Shown in pieces: positions 1-9,696 of a stretch of DNA of 64,000 bases (positions are counted from its first letter, which is position 1; each line of letters begins with the position of its first letter). A program made the translations under genes and the position numbers. A model generated the notes under the pieces. That model was not told the origin of the DNA and made no database searches. It saw only the letters and a list, made by a program, of their open reading frames with translations. The DNA comes from an uncultured Halobacteria archaeon (GTDB taxonomy: Bacteria; Pseudomonadota; Gammaproteobacteria; UBA9214). The stretch spans positions 1-64,000 of the forward strand of contig CAWKAE010000023.1 of NCBI GenBank assembly GCA_963847565.1. Reading direction: 5' to 3'.

Positions 1-490
1 TTGTAGGAGCGCTTGCCAAGCGCGAATATATTTAATTCGCGGACAACGTCCGCTCCTACAGGTGTTGATTTGAACGCTGTAGGAGCGCCTTGCAGGCGCG
101 ATTGATTGAATTCGCGGACACGGTCCGCTCCTACAGGTGCTAAATTCTGCGGAACCACAGATTAATTATAAAAACGCTGTCATTGCGAGCGTAGCGCGGC
201 AATCCCGGACTATGGAATCAATCAGTTGGAGATTGCCGCGTCACTTTGTTCCTCGCAATGACGACATATCAGAGGTTCCCTGCGTTGTAGGAGCGCTTGC
301 CAAGCGCGAATATATTTAATTCGCGGACAACGTCCGCTCCTACAGGTGCTGATTTATGCACTGCGGGGTGCTTCGCGGGCGTGATTCTATTTACTCGCGG
401 ACGACGTCTGTATTTACAGGTGTTGATTCATGCGCTGTAGGAGCGCTTCGCAAGCGCGAATCAATTTCAATCACGGGCGCTGTCCGCCCG
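1..490. repeat. Tandem array of REP-A palindromic units (TGTAGGAGCGCYTKSCARGCGCGA + spacer + inverted partner ..CGCTCCTACAGG). There are three good units (1-64, 76-136, 285-348) and two degenerate units (355-420, 424-490), joined by a repeated linker (ggtgttgattt/c..gcgc)
   Basis: Direct reading: units 1-64 and 285-348 are identical. The same 25-nt motif recurs at 4780-4999, 6210-6242, 12286-12351 and 43105-43167. Confidence 0.85.
150..262. repeat. REP-B imperfect long palindrome (ATTAATTATAAAAACGCTGTCATTGCGAG...GATTGCCGCG..CTCGCAATGAC); MITE-like
   Basis: GTCATTGCGAG / CTCGCAATGAC and CGCGGCAATC / GATTGCCGCG inverted pairs. The reverse-complement copy is at 30705-30826 and a diverged copy at 32826-32960. 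Confidence 0.7.
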
Positions 491-499
491 CATTGCATG

Positions 500-1196
500 T
501 TATTCCACGGCCGCCCTGTCGGTAAACCAGAGCAATGGTCCAATACAATTGATGGGCAATTCCACGCCGGCCCTGACCTGCTCGATGGCATCACGTTTGC
601 CGGCACCTGTTGTCAGTACCACGCGCTCTGCGGCCGCCTGCAGGGTGGTGATGCCGAGCGAGACGCGCTCACCGGGCGGCTTCGGGGCGTGATGAACGGG
701 CACGGCGGCGCGTTTATCATCCAGTGCCGGGTTGTCGGGGAACAGGCTGGCGGTGTGACCGTCTTCGCCCATGCCGAGCAGGACGATATCAAGCCGATCA
801 AGCGCGTCGATCAACCCGGTGTAGCTACTCCGCAGCGCGTTCCGCGCCGAGTTCCGCGGGTATCGGGTGACGATTGCTTTCAGGTGCGTCGATGACGCGC
901 CACAGGTGTTGCTCGATCATGTTGTCATTGCGTTCGACATCACCCGGTGGCAGGCAGCGTTCATCGCCCAGGTACCAGTGCACCCGTTCCCAGGGCAGCG
1001 ACTGTTTGGCGAGGTGTGCGAGACAGGCGGCCGGTGTGCGCCCGCCGGGCAGGGCGACGTGGCATAACTCCTGCGTCTCGAGCACGGCCGCGATACGTGC
1101 ACCCAGGTGTTCGGCACAGGCCAGTGCGGCTGCAGCCGCATCCGCATGACATTGCCAGCGATGCTCGCCGGCGCTATTGAGGTTTGTGCCAGCCAC
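500..1196 (-). CDS. pgl: 6-phosphogluconolactonase (DevB/SOL type), split by a frameshift near 822-826
   Basis: ORFs 825..1196 (N-terminus: WYLGDERCLP) and 500..814 (C-terminus: LLGMGEDGHTASLFP) are in different frames and together give a full-length ~230 aa Pgl. Confidence 0.8.
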
Positions 1197-2665
1197 CGAC
1201 GCAACCGTGCATCAATTCTTCCATATCCGGCACATTCCAGCTGCCGGCCCGGTAACGATCAATCGAGACGCGATCTTTCCAGGCTTCCTGCAGCGGTGCG
1301 ACGATTTCCCAGGATTCCTCGACCTCATCCGCGCGGGAAAACAGCGTGGCATCGCCGAGCAGTACATCGTGCAGCAGGGTTTCATAGGCCTCTGCGACAT
1401 CCGTGCCGTCCTCTGCATACGGTGCGCGCATCACCATGCGTTGCGTGTCCGTGGTGAGTCCGGGCATTTTCGCGTTCATGCGCAGGAAAATGCCTTCGTC
1501 CGGATGCAGGCGGAATACCATGGCATTCGCCACCGGCGGCGTGGCGTGGGTATCGAACAGGTTGAACGGAAGGTTGCGGAAGCGGATCACGATCTCCGAC
1601 ACGCGTTTTTGCATGCGCTTGCCGGTCCAGAGGATGAACGGCACACCCTGCCAGCGCCAGTTGTCGATGTAAAAGCGCACCGCGGCAAAGGTCTCGGTGG
1701 ACGAGTCGGGCGACACGTCCGGTTCCGATACATAGGCCGGTACGGACTCGCCATCAATTGTGCCGGCGGCATACTGTGCCGCCATGGCCTGGCAGGCCGC
1801 GTCTTCCGGCTTGAAACGACGCACCGCGCGCAATACCTTCATCTTTTCATCGCGCACGGCGGTATCGGTGAACTCAACCGGCGGTTCCATCGCGACCAGT
1901 GTCATGACCTGCATCAGGTGACTCTGGATCATGTCGCGCAGTGCGCCCGAGTGCTCGTAGTACTTGGCGCGGTATTCAACGCCGAGCGTCTCGGCCGCCG
2001 AGATCTGGATGTGATCGATATAGTTACGGTTCCACAGCGGTTCCAGGATGCTGTTGGAGAACCGGTAGACCAGCAGGTTCTGTACGCTTTCCTTGCCCAG
2101 GTAGTGATCGATGCGGTAGATCTGCGATTCATCGAAGTATGTCTGTAACTCCCGGTTGAGCGTCTTTGCCGAGGCGAGATCCATGCCGAAGGGTTTTTCG
2201 ATGACAATGCGGCGAAAGCCCTCGTCTTTGATCGACCAGGCCGGCGGCGTGCAGGCCGTTGGCGGTGCGGCCGTACCACTCCGGCGGAATGGCACAGTAG
2301 AACAGGGCGTTCTTGCGACCGCTGAGCGTTTCCAGTGCGTCTGCCAGGCCGGTGTAGGTCGCGTCGTCTTCGAGATCGCCCGGTACCATTTTCAGCATGG
2401 CGGAGAAACTTTTCCAGCGGGCCTCGTCCATGCCCACCTCGGGCGAGAATTCCTGCAGGCCGGTGCGCACCAGTTCCAGCCATTCCTGTTCGCTGCGCTT
2501 GTTGACGACACCGATGATGCGACTGTCCGGGTGCAACAGGCCGCAGTCGATCATCGTGATCAGCGCCGGCATCAGCTTGCGCTTGGTCAGGTCACCGGTC
2601 GCACCGAAGATAACGATGTTGGTGGGTTCAGCCATCTCGATCAGCGGAGGTGTAGCTGTACTCAT
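1174..2665 (-). CDS. zwf: Glucose-6-phosphate 1-dehydrogenase, split by a frameshift near ~2190
   Basis: ORF 2129..2665 carries the N-terminal NAD(P)-binding IVIFGATGDLTKRKL. ORF 1174..2295 carries RIVIEKPFG, RIDHYLGKE and the C-terminal domain. The combined length of ~497 aa is typical for G6PD. Confidence 0.85.
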
Positions 2666-3600
2666 GTGTCTGACTCGCTGGCTGGTTTGATGCTGTGTCC
2701 GCCAAAGCCCGCACGCATGGCGTTGAGTACCTTGCCGGCGAATGCAGGCGACTGCCGGCTGCGAAAGCGCATCTGCAGGGCGAGTGTCAACACCGGGGTC
2801 GGCACGGCCTGGTCGATGCTGTCGTGTACGGTCCAGCGGCCCTCGCCGGAGTCGTCGACATGATCACTCAACGAGGCGAGGCTGACGTCGTCGTCAAATG
2901 CATCTGCAATCAGGTCCAGCAGCCAGGAACGTACCACGCTGCCATGCTGCCAGATGTGCGCGACCTGTTGCATGTCCAGCGCCATTTCCTGTTTGGACTG
3001 CATTAACTCGAAGCCCTCGGCATAGGCCTGCATCATGCCGTACTCGATGCCGTTGTGGACCATCTTCACATAATGGCCGGCGCCGGCGGGACCGACGTGT
3101 CCCCAGCCCTTGTCAGGTGCCGGTGCCAGGCTCTTCAGCGCCGGCTCGATCAGGGCCACGGCCTCAAGGGTGCCGCCGACCATCAGGCTGTAGCCGTTAT
3201 CGAGTCCCCACACGCCGCCCGAGGTGCCGCTATCGACGAAATGAATGTTTGACTCAAGCAGCCGCGCCGCGCGCGCCTTGCTAAGATTGAAATTGGAGTT
3301 GCCGCCGTCGATGATCAGGTCGCCTGCGCCGATTTTGTTCGCGACCAATTCGTCTATGCTGTCATCGACATACTGGTGTGGCACCATCAGCCAGACCACG
3401 CGGGGTTGCGGCAGTGCAGCGACCAGGGTTGTCAGTGAGTCTGCCGCTGTGATGGCGTCGGACTCGCTCGCCAGGTTCTGCGTAGCGGTTGAGTCGAGGT
3501 CATAGGCAACTACCTCGTGCCCGTCTTTGACCAGTCGTCGCACCATGTTGGCGCCCATCTTGCCCAGGCCTACCATTGCAAGCTTCATTACGTTCTCCAT
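2662..3600 (-). CDS. gnd: 6-phosphogluconate dehydrogenase (decarboxylating), short ~300 aa form
   Basis: N-terminal Rossmann motif MVGLGKMGANMVRRL. Full-length intact ORF. Gene order gnd-zwf-pgl. Confidence 0.85.
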   Translation of the reverse strand: MENVMKLAMVGLGKMGANMVRRLVKDGHEVVAYDLDSTATQNLASESDAITAADSLTTLVAALPQPRVVWLMVPHQYVDDSIDELVANKIGAGDLIIDGGNSNFNLSKARAARLLESNIHFVDSGTSGGVWGLDNGYSLMVGGTLEAVALIEPALKSLAPAPDKGWGHVGPAGAGHYVKMVHNGIEYGMMQAYAEGFELMQSKQEMALDMQQVAHIWQHGSVVRSWLLDLIADAFDDDVSLASLSDHVDDSGEGRWTVHDSIDQAVPTPVLTLALQMRFRSRQSPAFAGKVLNAMRAGFGGHSIKPASESDT

Positions 3601-3759
3601 TCGCCGTGTTCGGAATCATCCGGAGGTATCCGGTCCCCGGCGCCCGGCCGGGAAAAAGGGTTGGTACTGTTAAGTCTGTGGTCGGCGAGTCGCACCCGAG
3701 TGTAGCGGGGAATGCCGCGGATAGTCTAGCGGCGAATTGTGTGTGGTTGGTTGTTGCGG

Positions 3760-3930
3760 TTATTCGTCTTCTTCGTCGTCCGACGCCACATCGATGACAG
3801 CATCGGCGACTTTGAACGGGACCTTGGCAACTTCGACGGCCACGGTGGTCACGGTGCCGACGGCGGTGCCTATCAGTGTCGTGCAGCCCTGTATCACTAA
3901 TATTGATATGCAAAGGATCATCGTTCTCAT
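3760..3930 (-). CDS. Small putative lipoprotein (56 aa; MRTMILCISILVIQGC.. acidic DDEEDE tail)
   Basis: Hand-translated on the minus strand. Signal peptide with lipobox-like VIQGC. It lies in a different frame inside the arginine-rich spurious ORF 3500..4120 and is below the 60 aa cutoff of the ORF track. Confidence 0.4.
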   Translation of the reverse strand: MRTMILCISILVIQGCTTLIGTAVGTVTTVAVEVAKVPFKVADAVIDVASDDEEDE

Positions 3931-4191
3931 CTGTCGGCTCCAGTGGTGGCGGGGCGATGTCTTGCGCGGACAGTTTGCCGGTCGGCCAGCGCGTTGCAGG
4001 GGCGGAAATCAGAATACTACTGGATACTGCGTGTAAAAACAGGCAGCAGCGCACAATCATTTGTAAATTATCATAACCGTCAGTTGCGCCGGATAATGCC
4101 CTGTGGGCGCATGCCGGCAATGTGTCAGGCGGGATTTTCCGCTAGAATTACGCTGTCGGCAGCCAGTTACTCATCTACGCAGGATATTTCA

Positions 4192-4733
4192 ATGGCAAAT
4201 TCATTTGGTGACCAGTTTCTCAAGGCGGGCCTGGTGGACAAGACCCGGCTCAACAAGGCGAACAAGACGAAGAACAAGCAAGACAGAAACTGAAACAGAA
4301 GCAGAAGGTCGAAGTGGTTGATGAGGCGGCGGTGGCGGCCCGGCAGACGGCGGCCGACAATGCAGCGCGCGATCGTGAGCTCAACCGTCAGAAGAAGGAA
4401 GAAATCGAGCGCAAGGCGGTGCAGGCGCAGGTGCGCCAGCTGGTCGAGTTAAACCGCTTGCCGCGCGATGACGGAGAGGTCGGTTATAACTTCCAGGATG
4501 GAACCGCGGTCAGGAAAATATTTGTTACGCAGGACATGCACGACAAGTTGGCGCGTGGCTTGCTGGCGATCGTCCGGCTGGATGATCACTACGAAGTGAT
4601 TCCGTCGGTGGTGGCGGAGAAGATCATGCTGCGTGATGCGGATTGCATTGTCAGTAATGCAACCTCAAAACCCGAAAGTGGCGATGACGATCTGTATGCG
4701 GATTACAAGGTGCCGGATGATTTGATGTGGTAG
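4192..4733 (+). CDS. DUF2058-family (YaiL-like) protein, with a frameshift near 4278-4285
   Basis: MANSFGDQFLKAGLVDKTRLNKANKTKNKQ runs into an in-frame TGA at 4291. The K/Q-rich continuation ARQKLKQKQKVEVVDE and the rest of the protein (ORF 4314..4733) are in the -1 frame. Confidence 0.6.
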
Positions 4734-4779
4734 CCAGGTGTGCGTGTTAGCGTGCCTGGATTGATTGCGTTTGATTGGA

Positions 4780-4999
4780 ATCGCGCCTGTAAGGCGCTCC
4801 TACAAGGGTAGGATCATGCGCTGTAGGAGCGCCTTACAGGCGCGATCTGGATATGTTCGCGGACGCGGTCCGCTCCTACAGGGGTTGTTTATAAATTGTA
4901 GGAGCGCTTCGCAAGCGCGAATTAGATATATTCGCGGACAGCGTCCGCTCCTGCGGGATGGTGGCACGTGTGCTGTAGGAGCGCCTTGCAGGCGCGATC
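4780..4999. repeat. REP-A cluster (about 3 palindromic units in alternating orientation)
   Basis: Repeated TGTAGGAGCGCCTTRCAGGCGCGAT and its inverted partner. ORF 4765..5052 across it is spurious. Confidence 0.85.
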
Positions 5000-5002
5000 A
5001 AA

Positions 5003-5488
5003 TTACTGCGGCGTGGTGTCTCCAAGCAGGGTATGACCGCCGACCTCTATGATCACCGCCCGGCCATTCTCCATGGCGTAGGTGGCGTATTCACGGAACC
5101 GGCTGGTCATGTGGATGCCATCCACTGTTATGTTCTCGGTGACGGTCGAATGTGAGCGGCCGGTGATTCCGTCCGGCATGATGTGGATCTCGACATTGTC
5201 GCGCTGGTAGTTATATTCGTCGATGCCGGCCCAGCCTGCGTCGATCATTTGCAGGTATTCCATCTTCTTGAGGCGTACCTTCGCCATCAGTCCCTTGTGA
5301 GGAAATTCGATGCGCCGCTCGAACCTGTCGCTCAGGTAAATACTGATCGCGGCGGCATCGCGCTCAAGTGCGGCGGCATCCGAGGCGTCCATCACCTGCA
5401 GAATTTTATCTTTAGTGATTCTCCAGTCCGCTACGGCAGCGCTGGACAGCAGGAGGCCGAGGAGAGTGATGAGTAGTGGTCTATGCAT
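5003..5488 (-). CDS. Hypothetical secreted protein (signal peptide; possibly NTF2-like fold)
   Basis: N-terminal MHRPLLITLLGLLLSSAAVA signal. Single clean ORF. No recognisable catalytic motif. Confidence 0.5.
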   Translation of the reverse strand: MHRPLLITLLGLLLSSAAVADWRITKDKILQVMDASDAAALERDAAAISIYLSDRFERRIEFPHKGLMAKVRLKKMEYLQMIDAGWAGIDEYNYQRDNVEIHIMPDGITGRSHSTVTENITVDGIHMTSRFREYATYAMENGRAVIIEVGGHTLLGDTTPQ

Positions 5489-5675
5489 ATTATTATTCCC
5501 CTGCGTGCCAGGTTCCCGGGCAGGTTATTCCGTTGATAACGCTATTACAGCATCTGCCGCCAGGTCGGCGATATTGGACCAAGGTGCAGGCCGGCGCGCA
5601 TTTAAAGGGTTTTAACGGACATTTATTGGATAAAATAGGGTAAATTGTCGGCTGAATTCGCACCTGGAGGTATCT

Positions 5676-6185
5676 ATGTTGGACACATTGGCAAGCATTG
5701 GCAGAAGCTGTTGGTACTGGTTGGCATTGCTATTGATCGGGCTGTCGTTTGAGGCGGTGGCACTGTTTTACCAGTATGTGCTTGATGAGATGCCGTGCGT
5801 GCTGTGCATCCAGATGCGGCTGTGGGTGCTGGTGCTGATCGTGGTTGCGTTGCTGGTCTTGGTGCAGAAGGGGCTGAAGTTGGCATTGTTGCCGGGGCAT
5901 TTGCTGACTGTCGGTATTGCAGCGGGGATGCTCGAGCGCGCCTGGAAATTACTCGGGACGGAGCGCGGGTTCGCGGAGGGGGAGTGTGGTTTCAGCCTGG
6001 GGTTGCCGGCGTGGTTTACCCCGGATGTGTGGTTTCCGAAGTTGTTCCAGGTGCAGACGTCCTGCGGGTATACGCCTGAGCTGTTATTCGGGGTGACGAT
6101 GGCGGAGGCGTTGATTGTGTTTTCGGCTGTTTTCCTGGTGGTGAGTGTTGTGATGGTGGTAGCGGCGATTGCGCGGCCGCGTTAG
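5676..6185 (+). CDS. dsbB: Disulfide bond formation protein B
   Basis: Four-TM layout with the conserved first-loop motif PCVLCIQMR and a later Cys pair (C..C in TSCGYTPE). Confidence 0.8.
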   Translation: MLDTLASIGRSCWYWLALLLIGLSFEAVALFYQYVLDEMPCVLCIQMRLWVLVLIVVALLVLVQKGLKLALLPGHLLTVGIAAGMLERAWKLLGTERGFAEGECGFSLGLPAWFTPDVWFPKLFQVQTSCGYTPELLFGVTMAEALIVFSAVFLVVSVVMVVAAIARPR

Positions 6186-6209
6186 GGATGTCTGTGATCG
6201 AGTATTTAT

Positions 6210-6242
6210 ATCGCGCCTGTAAGGCGCTCCTACAGGCGCGTG
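6210..6242. repeat. REP-A half unit
   Basis: ATCGCGCCTGTAAGGCGCTCCTACAGGCGCG. Confidence 0.7.
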
Positions 6243-6269
6243 GCGTATTTGGGAACGGTGGCGTGATTT

Positions 6270-6776
6270 ATGAGTAATTTTGTGGCGATTGATTTCGAGA
6301 CGGCCAATTACAGTCGCACCAGTGCCTGTGCGGTGGGGCTGGTGCATGTGCGCGGTGGTGAGATCGTGACTGAAAAGACGCTGCTGATTCGGCCACCGCA
6401 ACGCCAGTTTAATTTCACGCATATCCATGGGCTCACCTGGGCGGATGTCGAGAATGAACCAACCTTTGCCGAGTTGTGGGGCACGCTTGGTGAGTTTATC
6501 TCACAGGGTGATTTCCTGGTTGCGCATAATGCCTCGTTTGACCGCGGTGTGTTGCAAGGATGTTGCAAGAGCAATGGTTTGCAGGTGCCGTCGCTGCCGT
6601 TTGTCTGTACGGTGCAGTTGGCGCGCAAGCAATGGGGAATATTTCCGACCAAGCTGCCGGATGTGTGCGGGCATCTCGATATTGCCCTGAACCACCATGA
6701 TGCGGGCTCGGACTCGCTTGCGTGTGCGAAGATTGTGATGGCGGCCGAGGGTGAGGGCTGGCAATTCAAGGGATAA
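6270..6776 (+). CDS. DEDDh 3'-5' exonuclease domain protein (DnaQ/epsilon-like, standalone)
   Basis: VAIDFETAN (Exo I) .. H..SFD (Exo II) .. HHDAGSD (Exo III: YHDA-like). Confidence 0.75.
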   Translation: MSNFVAIDFETANYSRTSACAVGLVHVRGGEIVTEKTLLIRPPQRQFNFTHIHGLTWADVENEPTFAELWGTLGEFISQGDFLVAHNASFDRGVLQGCCKSNGLQVPSLPFVCTVQLARKQWGIFPTKLPDVCGHLDIALNHHDAGSDSLACAKIVMAAEGEGWQFKG

Positions 6777-6821
6777 TGTCTCTTGTCTGGTTGCGCTTGT
6801 TGGCGCGCAGTCGTTGCATGA

Positions 6822-7721
6822 TTAGCTTGTTACCAGCTCAAGCGTGTCTCTCGCAACACCCACCGATACCTGCTGGCCCCAGTTAAAGTCCATGTAGTCT
6901 GTTTCAATGCCATCACCGAAAATGACACCGTTTTCGTTCATCTCGGAAAGTACCTTCAGTGTTTCATTCTCACCCACGAGTCCTGAACTTATATCAGTGC
7001 CAGTAGCAACACTCGGGAAAGCTTCACGAACGTAGTAGGCAAGCCGTTTGTCTTCCGGATTTGGGAGAGATAATTTATCTGTCCTGCTTCTGTGGATTGA
7101 ACGTGCCCATCCGGTGGCGCCTGTGCCAGTTGATATGATGATGCCGGATGATGACTGTCGTTCACGGCCGGTGGTACTTATGATTTGGTATCGCGCGGAC
7201 TGGTGTGTGCTATGCCCGAGAAAGAGCTCGTTCAGTGCCAATAATCTCTGACCATCATCGAGTGTGGCTTCGACCATGGTGCGGGACTCAGTAACAGTCT
7301 CACCGTGCATAGCAGGTGCCAGCAGCTTTATGGCCTCATCGGTGCTGAACGGCACTAATATTCCGTCGAACAGATCTTTGTCGGTATTAACGCCAATTAC
7401 CTGTTGGCCAGAGAGATATTTTGCGGTATTGGCGACAAGACCGTCCTGGCCGACGGCAACAATCAGGTCCTCTGGCTCAAACAGGAAACGATCAAGTTCG
7501 GTCCGTTGTACGCGGTTACGTCGCCAGTCGTGCGGTATTGCAGCCATGATCTGGTGTAGCGACTGTGCGAAACGTACATGTCGGTAATCGAGTTGATCGA
7601 TGGACTGGCCACGCTCCTGTAGAAAGAATTCGGCCTGGCCACGTGTCGCGTGACGCGCGAGGAGCATTTCATACTCGGTCTCGCGTGTTATCACAACGAC
7701 ACGTGGTGCATTCCCGGTCAT
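6822..7721 (-). CDS. ATP-NAD kinase-like protein (NadK paralogue)
   Basis: GQDGL (GGDG-like), NELFLG, IISTGTGATGW (the DG..STPTGSTAYS region of NAD kinases). Separated by 3 nt from the SPFH gene. Confidence 0.6.
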   Translation of the reverse strand: MTGNAPRVVVITRETEYEMLLARHATRGQAEFFLQERGQSIDQLDYRHVRFAQSLHQIMAAIPHDWRRNRVQRTELDRFLFEPEDLIVAVGQDGLVANTAKYLSGQQVIGVNTDKDLFDGILVPFSTDEAIKLLAPAMHGETVTESRTMVEATLDDGQRLLALNELFLGHSTHQSARYQIISTTGRERQSSSGIIISTGTGATGWARSIHRSRTDKLSLPNPEDKRLAYYVREAFPSVATGTDISSGLVGENETLKVLSEMNENGVIFGDGIETDYMDFNWGQQVSVGVARDTLELVTS

Positions 7722-7723
7722 GG

Positions 7724-8917
7724 TTAATCACCCGTCATGTTCTGCAGCTTGCTCGCGCCTGCCTGAAACAGGTCTGCAAGGTTGGTCTGCAGGACATCCG
7801 GTGTAATGTTGATGTGTTCAATAGTTTTGAGCTTGCCGGCTATCTCCTGTATCGCCAGTGCCATGACCACATTGGCTGGCAAGGTCTCATAGATACTCAT
7901 GCGTTCCTTTTCTCCGGCCGCATTCGCCAGTCCAATAGCCTCGGTACGTTCGGCTTCGGCAAGCCCTTCGGCACGAATGGCCTCGGCTTCGGCTGTGCTG
8001 AGCAGTCGGCGGTTATGGGCGCTGGTCTCGGATTCGAGTCGCCGTGTGCCGCTTTCTGCCTTGGCACGTATTTCCAGCTGTTGACTTTCGGCCTCGGCGT
8101 ACAGGGTATTTCGCTCGGTCTCGCCCTGTGTATCAAGGATCTCACGTTCTATGCGTGCACGGACAGTGGTTTCCTCGGCTGCGGCTTCCTCCTCAACCCG
8201 GCGACGTTCGTTCATGCCCTGCTGGGTGATAAGCAGTTCCTCGCGTGTTGCCAGTTCGATCCTGTTTTGCAGTTCGTTCTCGGCGATGGCGCTTTCCTTA
8301 TCGACTGCCATGGCGCGACGTTTGAACGTGGCTTCATCGGCGTCCTGCTGGATACTTTCACGTGTGGGGGTCTGCATGGCCTTTTCAAGCTCTGCCGACG
8401 GCTTGACCTCCAGGATACGCAGGCTCACCAACATTAAACCCATGTCATCAAAGACCGGGTCATTTGAGAAGCCGGCATCAATCGACTCCTGCAATGCCTC
8501 CGGGCTGGCTGTAACCAGTTCGCGTACTGACAGGTTAGCCAGGAAGTTAGTGGCATACTTTTTCACTGTGCCGGTGAACAGTGCTGCGACCTGCTCCAGC
8601 GGCTCCTTGCGGTGATTGCCATGTCTGATATCAATCGAGAAATCGATGCGGTCAGACAGGCGTTCTGCGTCTGTGACGCGGTAGGTAAGCTCACCTTGCA
8701 CGGTAACCTGCTGGAAATCACTGGAACGCCCATGGAATATGAACTGCAGTTCGCGATCATCCGTAGGTATCTCGGCGAGGCCGGTCCCCAATGGAATAAA
8801 CCAGAAAGCCAGTCCCTTGCCAGATGCTACTTGCCTGCCATTGCGGTAGCGGATGACATGGACATTTGGCTCGCTTCTAAGGTGTGTGAACACCGGGTAT
8901 TTTTTTATCTCAGCCAT
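7724..8917 (-). CDS. SPFH/band-7 (flotillin-like) protein with a long coiled-coil EA-rich region
   Basis: SPFH core followed by a heptad E/A/R-rich segment. Start taken at MAEIKKY; the ORF extends to 8950. Confidence 0.75.
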   Translation of the reverse strand: MAEIKKYPVFTHLRSEPNVHVIRYRNGRQVASGKGLAFWFIPLGTGLAEIPTDDRELQFIFHGRSSDFQQVTVQGELTYRVTDAERLSDRIDFSIDIRHGNHRKEPLEQVAALFTGTVKKYATNFLANLSVRELVTASPEALQESIDAGFSNDPVFDDMGLMLVSLRILEVKPSAELEKAMQTPTRESIQQDADEATFKRRAMAVDKESAIAENELQNRIELATREELLITQQGMNERRRVEEEAAAEETTVRARIEREILDTQGETERNTLYAEAESQQLEIRAKAESGTRRLESETSAHNRRLLSTAEAEAIRAEGLAEAERTEAIGLANAAGEKERMSIYETLPANVVMALAIQEIAGKLKTIEHINITPDVLQTNLADLFQAGASKLQNMTGD

Positions 8918-8949
8918 GATAGTCACCTCTCTTGTTGTTGCGTGTCTCA

Positions 8950-9615
8950 CTACTTGATGATGTCTACCTGATCACGATTTCTGATCCGGTACAGTTTTGC
9001 AGGGCGGTGTGGGCCCTCGCGGTGCAATTCACCGGTTTCCTCGATTCGTTCCAGGGCCAACACCCATTTCCTGAAATTACGTTTATCAATATCTGCGCGC
9101 AGAATGATTTCATACACGGCCTGCAGGTCGGACAATGTGAAGCTCTCTGGCATGAACTGAAAGGCAATCGTCGAGTAATCGAGTTTCGCGACCAGACGTT
9201 CATGCGCAAGCCTGGCGATATCTGCATGGTCGAAGGCGAGGGAAGGAAGTTCATCGAATCCGAACCAGCCTACGGCTTCTGCATCTGTGTCGGCGCACAA
9301 TGTGACACTGTCCGAGCGTATCAACGCATAGTAGGCAACGGTGATGACGCGCTCACGGGGATCCCGGTCCGGTTTTCCGAAGGTATAGAGCTGTTCGAGG
9401 TAAACGTCGTTCAAACCGGTTTCTTCTTCCAGCTCACGCAATGCGCCGGATTCGAGGTCTTCATCCATCTGTACGAACCCGCCGGGTAGCGCCCATTTCC
9501 CTTTATAAGGCGTCCCTCCGCGCTTGATCAGCAGCAGTTTTAACTCAGCATCGCGGACGGAGAAAATCACGATATCCGTAGTGACTGCCGGGTGTGGGTA
9601 TTTGTACTGGAACAT
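8950..9615 (-). CDS. NUDIX hydrolase domain + C-terminal winged-helix (NrtR-like regulator architecture)
   Basis: Nudix box GGFVQMDEDLESGALRELEEETG. About 90 aa C-terminal extension typical of NrtR. It overlaps the SPFH ORF at 8950. Confidence 0.65.
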   Translation of the reverse strand: MFQYKYPHPAVTTDIVIFSVRDAELKLLLIKRGGTPYKGKWALPGGFVQMDEDLESGALRELEEETGLNDVYLEQLYTFGKPDRDPRERVITVAYYALIRSDSVTLCADTDAEAVGWFGFDELPSLAFDHADIARLAHERLVAKLDYSTIAFQFMPESFTLSDLQAVYEIILRADIDKRNFRKWVLALERIEETGELHREGPHRPAKLYRIRNRDQVDIIK

Positions 9616-9696
9616 GGCGTTGCCTCTGTATGTGTATTAATTACACGAACTATGTTAGTGTTATTACAACACTAAGTCAAGCGGACGGATAGGGTC

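Noticed and set aside
137-319. 60-aa ORF at the window start
   Set aside because: It lies entirely within the REP-B and REP-A repeats.
1-490. REP arrays considered as possible CRISPR arrays
   Set aside because: The units are self-complementary hairpins in alternating orientation. The spacers are repeated rather than unique, and the same unit is dispersed singly around the window. This is REP/BIME architecture, not CRISPR.
1177-2148. 323-aa plus-strand ORF antisense to zwf, and similar long antisense ORFs inside icd, the ABC-F gene, rhlE and the NfeD gene
   Set aside because: These lie opposite strongly conserved genes. They are high-GC open frames without recognisable domains and are typical shadow ORFs.
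3500-4120. 206-aa arginine-rich ORF on the minus strand
   Set aside because: Low-complexity R/H-rich translation typical of an out-of-frame read of GC-rich DNA. It overlaps the gnd 3' end and has no coding periodicity. The plausible small lipoprotein lies in another frame.
4765-5052. 95-aa ORF spanning the REP cluster
   Set aside because: Its translation consists of repeated REP-encoded peptides (RSALQARSGY...). It is an artefact of repeats.
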